DNA of 64,000 nt. Source: Paraburkholderia sp. GTDB lineage: Bacteria > Pseudomonadota > Gammaproteobacteria > Burkholderiales > Burkholderiaceae. Below the pieces are notes generated by a model. That model did not search any database, had not been told where the DNA came from, and was given only the letters and a program-made list of their open reading frames with translations. Location of the stretch: NCBI RefSeq assembly GCF_026225065.1, contig NZ_JAMFSB010000023.1, positions 32,556 to 96,555 on the forward strand, written 5' to 3'. Made by a program: the position numbers and the translations under genes. Shown one piece after another: positions 58,858 through 64,000 of the stretch; the stretch's first letter is position 1; each line of letters starts with the position of its first letter.

Positions 58858-60399
58858 ATGAAATTACTGAAGACAAAGATCGCAGCGGGCATTTTCTCCA
58901 TCGTTTCGGCCATCGGTATCGCTCAACCTGGACATGCCGAAGACATGTCGCGGGACAGTGGCGCGCCTATCGGCGACAACCAGAATTCCCAGACCGCGGG
59001 TCCTGACGGACCCGTCCTTCTGCAGGACTCGAATCTCATCGAGAAACTGCAGCGCTTCGATCGCGAGCGCATTCCGGAGCGCGTCGTCCATGCACGCGGC
59101 ACCGGCCTCTTCGGCGAGTTCGTTCCCACCACCGACATCAGTTCGCTGACCACCGCGAAGGTGTTCACGCCAGGGACAAAGACCCCGGTCTTTGTTCGCT
59201 TCTCGACCGTGATGGGTTATCGCGGATCGCCCGAGCAAGCCCGCGACCCCCGCGGTTTCGCCATCAAGTTCTACACGCAGCAAGGTAACTGGGACATGGT
59301 CGGTATCAACTGGCCGGTCTTCTTCATCCGCGACGCGATCAAGTTCCCGGACTTCGTGCATGCGAACAAGCCGTCAGCTGTGACAGGTGTGCAGGATCCG
59401 AACCTGGCCTTTGACTTCTTCGCCCACACGCCGGAAGCAACGAACATGTTGACGCACCTCTACACCGATGAGGGGATGCCTGATTCATACCGCCACATGG
59501 ACGGCTTTGGCGTGCATGCGTTTAAGTTCGTCAATGCCCAAGGGGAAGTTCACTACGTGAAATTCCATTGGAAGAGCCGTCAGGGTATTGAAGGCATTCG
59601 CCCCCAGGATATTCCGCATTCAATCGGTGCGGACTGGAATCTGATGACGGACGATCTGTATAACTCAGTGAAGGCACATTCGTATCCTCAGTGGGACCTC
59701 TACATCCAGGTGCTTTCGCCGAAGGATCTGAACAAGTTCGACTTCGATCCACTTGATGACACGAAGGAATGGCCGTCGACGATCCCAGAGGAGAAGGTCG
59801 GAACCATGACGCTCAACCGCATTCCGGACAACTACTTCGAATCCACGGAAGAGTCGGCGTTCGCACCGTCGCGCCTCGTGCCAGGAATCGAGCCTTCCGA
59901 GGACAAGATGCTGCAGGGACGCCTGTTTGCCTACGCCGACACGCAAATGTATCGCCTGGGAGCGAACTACAACGATCTGCCGATTAACCGTCCGCTCGCC
60001 CCGGTGAACAACAACAACCAGGACGGCAAGATGAACTACGGCGATCGCAAGGGTGAAGTGAACTACGAGCCCTCCAGCGTCGGCGAAATCTCCCAGCAGG
60101 CCAGGTACAAGTACGTGCAGACGCCGGTCAGTGGCACGACCCAGCAAACGGCGATCCACAAGACACTCGATTTCCGTCAGGCTGGAGAGTACTACCGGAG
60201 CTTGTCCGACACCGACAAGGCGGACCTGATCACTGCATTGTCGGGCGACCTTGGCCGCGTGACCAACGACACGAACAAGTACACGATGCTGTCGTACTTC
60301 TATAAGGCCGATTCGGACTACGGTGCTCGCCTTGCGCGCGCAACGAACGCGGACGTGGCCCGCGTGCGCGATCTCGCGTCCCATCTGAGCGATAACTGA
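58858..60399 (+). CDS. katB: Exported monofunctional haem catalase (KatB/CatF type)
   Basis: Signal peptide; FDRERIPERVVHARG, VRFSTV, RDPRGFA.KFYT and proximal RLFAYADTQ motifs. Confidence 0.95.
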   Translation: MKLLKTKIAAGIFSIVSAIGIAQPGHAEDMSRDSGAPIGDNQNSQTAGPDGPVLLQDSNLIEKLQRFDRERIPERVVHARGTGLFGEFVPTTDISSLTTAKVFTPGTKTPVFVRFSTVMGYRGSPEQARDPRGFAIKFYTQQGNWDMVGINWPVFFIRDAIKFPDFVHANKPSAVTGVQDPNLAFDFFAHTPEATNMLTHLYTDEGMPDSYRHMDGFGVHAFKFVNAQGEVHYVKFHWKSRQGIEGIRPQDIPHSIGADWNLMTDDLYNSVKAHSYPQWDLYIQVLSPKDLNKFDFDPLDDTKEWPSTIPEEKVGTMTLNRIPDNYFESTEESAFAPSRLVPGIEPSEDKMLQGRLFAYADTQMYRLGANYNDLPINRPLAPVNNNNQDGKMNYGDRKGEVNYEPSSVGEISQQARYKYVQTPVSGTTQQTAIHKTLDFRQAGEYYRSLSDTDKADLITALSGDLGRVTNDTNKYTMLSYFYKADSDYGARLARATNADVARVRDLASHLSDN

Positions 60400-60462
60400 G
60401 GCGTACCGGGCCTGCGCGAGCAGGCTTCCGCTTCCTGAATATGATTCCCGATGGAGAATGCA

Positions 60463-61077
60463 ATGCGAGGTTTTTCTACCGTGCAGCGGATGGTTCGCAC
60501 CGCAGCGGTTGCAGCCATAGCCGTGCTGTTGATGGCCAGTTGTGCGCAGCACATGTATCTGTCGGGAACGTACTCGGGCGCAGCTGACGCGCCAAGGTAT
60601 ACCGACGACTGGTTTGCCGCTGCGCGTGCCGGGCGTACCGATATCGTGCAGTTGTTGGTCGACGCCCATTTTCCCCTCGAGACGAAGACGTCTGAGGGCT
60701 ACACGGCGCTCATTCTCAGCGCTTATGACAATCATCCGGACACGCTAAAGGCGCTGCTCGCTGCGGGTGCCAATGCATGCGCTGCCGATCAGCACGGCAA
60801 TACGGCTCTCATGGGCGCGCTTTTTAAAGGGGAGACGAACATTGCGAACATGCTGATCGACACGCATTGCAATATCGATCAAACCAACAACGCAGGGGAA
60901 ACGGCACTTTCGTTTGCCGCGCTGTTCGGCCGCCTCGATATGATTCCGGTGCTCGTGGCACACGGCGCGAACGTCAACCACGTCGATGCGCGCGGAGGGA
61001 CCGCGCTGCAAATGGCCCTCGCGCAACGCAACACGTCTGCAGCGGACGCACTACGCCTGGCGGGCGCGATACAATGA
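60463..61077 (+). CDS. ankB: Ankyrin-repeat catalase accessory protein (AnkB), probable lipoprotein
   Basis: LMASC lipobox; GYTALIL, GNTALMGALFKG, GETAL and GGTAL repeats; directly downstream of katB. Confidence 0.88.
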   Translation: MRGFSTVQRMVRTAAVAAIAVLLMASCAQHMYLSGTYSGAADAPRYTDDWFAAARAGRTDIVQLLVDAHFPLETKTSEGYTALILSAYDNHPDTLKALLAAGANACAADQHGNTALMGALFKGETNIANMLIDTHCNIDQTNNAGETALSFAALFGRLDMIPVLVAHGANVNHVDARGGTALQMALAQRNTSAADALRLAGAIQ

Positions 61078-61200
61078 ACGCACTTGCCGTACCGGAGCGC
61101 GTCGCGTGGCGCAGTGCCAGCGAACCGCGCCCGTTTCTTCGCGCCGCGCAGTGGCAGCGAACCGAGCCCGTTTCAGCAAATTAGATTTGCACCAGAAACA

Positions 61201-62154
61201 ATGGACTATTTTTCGGCGGTACACGCTTTCGTTCGTGCAGCGGAACTGCAGAGCTTCAGCAAAGCTGCACGTGAGATGACGGTCAAGACCTCAACCATCT
61301 CGCGGTATGTGAGCGACCTTGAAAAAGATCTTGGCATCGCCCTCTTCAATCGCTCGACACGGGGTCTCGTGCTGACAGAGGGCGGCAGGGTGTTTCGTGA
61401 GCGCGCGATCCTGGCACTCGAGGCACTCGATGACGCCAGGCAGGCCACGTCGTCCCTGAATAGCACGCCGCAGGGCCTGCTGCGCGTGACGATGCCATCC
61501 GCATTCGGGCGCCGGCACGTCGTGCCGCACCTTCCAGCATTCATGACCCGGTACCCGGACATTGACCTCGACCTCGTGCTGACCGGCGAGACCCTGAACA
61601 TGATTGATGCTGGGATTGACTTAGCCATTCGCATCGGCGTCTTGTCCGACTCATCATTAATGGCCAGACGTCTCGCACCCCATCGGCGCATCGTCTGCGG
61701 CAGTCCGAAATATTTCGATCGAAACGGTATGCCGTCTGTCCCTGCTGATCTTGAGGCTCATGAATCACTGCGCCTGTCGCTGCCGCCCGCTGACAAGTGG
61801 TTTCTCACCCGCGCGGGAAATCCCAAAGCTGCCTTGGAGCAGACACTCATCGGATTGAAAGGCCGGTTGCGTGGAAACGACTCCGAGGCTGTGCTCGACC
61901 TCGCGCTTTCGGGATGCGGTATCGCCCTCCTGCCGACCTGGCTCGCGGGCACAGCCCTACGCGAAGGGCACCTGATCCACGCCCTCCCCGAATGGGAAGC
62001 ACGCACAGGCAAGGCCGAACCAGCTATCTGGGCGGTTTATCCGCCGAAGAAGATCGTGTCGTCGAAGGTGCGTTCGTTTGTCGACTTCTATGCAGAGGTG
62101 ATCGGCGAGCCGCCGTACTGGGACGACGGACTCGCACTGGAGCTTCAGCCTTAA
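61201..62154 (+). CDS. LysR-family regulator (CrgA-like)
   Basis: SFSKAA..STISRYVSDLEKDLGIALFNRSTR; KVRSFVDF..PPYWD. Confidence 0.93.
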   Translation: MDYFSAVHAFVRAAELQSFSKAAREMTVKTSTISRYVSDLEKDLGIALFNRSTRGLVLTEGGRVFRERAILALEALDDARQATSSLNSTPQGLLRVTMPSAFGRRHVVPHLPAFMTRYPDIDLDLVLTGETLNMIDAGIDLAIRIGVLSDSSLMARRLAPHRRIVCGSPKYFDRNGMPSVPADLEAHESLRLSLPPADKWFLTRAGNPKAALEQTLIGLKGRLRGNDSEAVLDLALSGCGIALLPTWLAGTALREGHLIHALPEWEARTGKAEPAIWAVYPPKKIVSSKVRSFVDFYAEVIGEPPYWDDGLALELQP

Positions 62155-63095
62155 CGCGCGAAGCGGATGTCGAGCGTGCGCAGCCAGGTCTGCAAGCCGG
62201 CATCCTGGATCGGAATCACATAAGCGTTTTCGTTCGTTTCATTGAAATGCGCATGCCAGTATCCCGGCGGCGTGACAAACGCCATCCCCGCTTCCCAATC
62301 GACGCGTGTCGGATCCGCGATATTGCCGTTCTCGTCCAGTTCGGTACCCACCAGCGTATAGACGCCGGGGGCGCCCCCAGCGATGAAGTCGAGTGCGATC
62401 GACTGGTGGCGGTGCGGCTTCTGAATCGAGTTGGGCGGAACTATGCCGAACATGGCCCACAGCACGTGCGTGACCGTCCGCGTTTGCGGGAAGTTGACAT
62501 TGCCCATCAGCACGCTGATGCGGTTGCGGCGCCCCGCATTGGCTTCTTCTGCGACCTTGCGCAATTCCGCCTGCGCCTGGGCGGCCGGATAGAGCGTCGG
62601 CGCAAAGCGCGCCTGGACGCCGGTCGTACCCAGATAGGTGAGCAGCGGGGCGTCGTTGACGTAATAGAGCGTGGCCGTCGCGTTGGCGGACAGCACAGTG
62701 TCATCGCCACCCGGCAGCGTGAAGAAATCGCCCTTCGCAAACGGGAAGCGGGTCTCGCCCTGCGTCACGCTGCCCGTCCCGCTGATGACGTAGCAAAGCT
62801 GCGAGGTGGCGTTCGGGGCGAGCGTCAATGCGTCGCCTGCGTTGATGCGCAGGAAATTGGCGCTCAAGCCTGGACCGGTCGCAGGACTGGGGCAACCCAG
62901 TTCCGCGGAAAGGTCGAGCGGCACGACTCGAGTGGCGCCCTCTGCGTACAGCGAAGGCGGGAAATTGCGGAATGGCACGCGCGAGATCAGCTTCGCGCCA
63001 ATCGGATTGGCTGATGACGTGTACTCGAAGTATTCGGCGTCCTGGTTTGCGGCTGCGGTTTCGACAAGGTCCGGTGAGAGCGTTTTGGTTAACAT
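62151..63095 (-). CDS. Bicupin, gentisate 1,2-dioxygenase-like
   Basis: C-terminal cupin QKPHRHQSIALD...TPPGYWHAHFN..PIQDAG (three His ligands). Confidence 0.8.
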   Translation of the reverse strand: MLTKTLSPDLVETAAANQDAEYFEYTSSANPIGAKLISRVPFRNFPPSLYAEGATRVVPLDLSAELGCPSPATGPGLSANFLRINAGDALTLAPNATSQLCYVISGTGSVTQGETRFPFAKGDFFTLPGGDDTVLSANATATLYYVNDAPLLTYLGTTGVQARFAPTLYPAAQAQAELRKVAEEANAGRRNRISVLMGNVNFPQTRTVTHVLWAMFGIVPPNSIQKPHRHQSIALDFIAGGAPGVYTLVGTELDENGNIADPTRVDWEAGMAFVTPPGYWHAHFNETNENAYVIPIQDAGLQTWLRTLDIRFAR

Positions 63096-63466
63096 GGTCT
63101 GCTCCTAAAAAGTGAGGGAAGCTTCGCGCAGGTCCGATCGAAGCGATGTGACGTGCGTTCGAGAGCTGGTCTGACTATAGGTGCGGGGCGCTGACGGCAG
63201 AAGTGCCCGGCATCGATATCACCTTTGCACAAAAGGGTGTGCCCTGCGTCCGCTTCCGCGATACACCTGCGACCCGTCCGTGGTGCACGGCGGAAACGGG
63301 GAGCCGAATCGCGGGCGGCACATCCCCTTTTTAGAAACGATCTTTTGCGCATCGGGATCTTCATCCCCTTCTTAGGATCCTTTAGTGTGATTGGACATCC
63401 CTCGGATGTCGACGAATCGGTTAGCCCTGTCCGTTCCGCGACGCTCATAACGTCCGTGACAAATCA

Positions 63467-64000
63467 CTACTCAAGGAAAAGTTCTCCATGGAACCCATTG
63501 ATCTGAACCGCCGCCTGATTCTGCTGACGTCCATGGTCAGCGCATTCGCACCTGAGATGGCGCATGCCAGTCCGATCGACGCCCATGAGACATTCGTGCT
63601 GCCGCGAGAACAGATCACTTTCAAGCCGTGGACAGCCGGCCCGCCACACAGCGGCGAGATCACGCCATGGACGCAAAAGATAACTTTGGTCAGCGTGAGC
63701 GGTTTGCGGGGATCCGGGCAGGCGGGGCGGCCCTCCGCTTCCGCCGGCTGGTCGCGTGGCGGTGGGAATCGAATGGCGAATGGTGATGCGGTCATCGGCG
63801 ACCACCACCTCCTTCACGAGCAGTCTCGTGATGCGCTGGCGGTCCTGAACATCGAGGGTCGCGGCACTGCTATGCAAGCGCCCCAGGAACGCCGTTAGCG
63901 TTTCCGCCAGGCGTAGGTAAGCCGCCTGGTCGACCAACCGGGCACTGAGCCCGCGCAACTCCTCCTGAAGACTCTGCTCGCGTTGCCGCAGCGCAGGCAT
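63467..64000 (-). CDS. C-terminal part of a large serine recombinase (recombinase family protein); begins beyond the right edge
   Basis: Coiled coil (MPALRQREQSLQEEL...YLRLAETL.AFL.RL) followed by RQRITRLLVKEVVVADDRITIRHSIP, typical of LSR C-termini. After SYLLR the ORF reads on into host DNA. Confidence 0.75.
   Translation of the reverse strand: MPALRQREQSLQEELRGLSARLVDQAAYLRLAETLTAFLGRLHSSAATLDVQDRQRITRLLVKEVVVADDRITIRHSIPTATRPAGGSGGPPRLPGSPQTAHADQSYLLRPWRDLAAVWRAGCPRLESDLFSRQHECLMGVDRTGMRHLRCECADHGRQQNQAAVQINGFHGELFLE
63488..63660 (+). pseudogene. 5' part of an exported (RR-signal) protein gene, probably cupin-like, disrupted by a mobile element
   Basis: AAGGA RBS; MEPIDLNRRLILL...AHA-SPIDAHETFVLPREQITFKPWTAGPPHSGE. 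After about 63660 the frame runs into the antisense of the recombinase gene. Confidence 0.6.
63660..64000 (-). mobile_element. End of a serine-recombinase integrative/transposable element
   Basis: The LSR C-terminus abuts and interrupts a host gene. The junction is inferred near ...GGCGAGAT|CACGCCATGG (+ strand). Confidence 0.65.

Overview
GC-rich betaproteobacterial DNA with a Burkholderia/Paraburkholderia-like gene set, probably an accessory-rich chromosome or secondary replicon (the taxon is my inference). It holds about 50 CDS and no visible rRNA, tRNA or CRISPR array. From left to right: (1) a sigma-54-driven NitT/TauT-type ABC transporter operon ending in a NadC-like gene cut by the window edge, next to a NicR-like MarR regulator and a Tat-exported PAL-like (NHL) lyase; (2) GNAT, a GT4/deacetylase pair and an LprI-like gene; (3) a TonB-dependent receptor divergent from a Pho-boxed phnM-phnDCE-acetyltransferase unit with no C-P lyase core; (4) DUF1571 and a Fur-boxed TonB-dependent receptor; (5) mmsA/LysR, SDR-tautomerase-LysR and an MFS; (6) hipBA with four TACAG-N8-CTGTA operators; (7) MFS, a DHFR-like gene, a GGDEF/EAL pair, LysE and a stand-alone lptD; (8) a kdgT-DUF1537 kinase-pdxA2 cluster with a DeoR regulator; (9) an RND tripartite pump; (10) LysR-SDR-RraA-like-cytochrome c4, a quinol monooxygenase, SDR and three MFS genes; (11) katB-ankB with an OxyR-like box, LysR and a cupin; (12) at the right edge, the end of a large-serine-recombinase element inserted into a secreted-protein gene. 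The most intriguing signals are that insertion junction, which spells the group II intron RT motif GVISPL, and the NicR/sigma-54/ABC/NadC locus. All product calls come from motif recognition, not from database searches.
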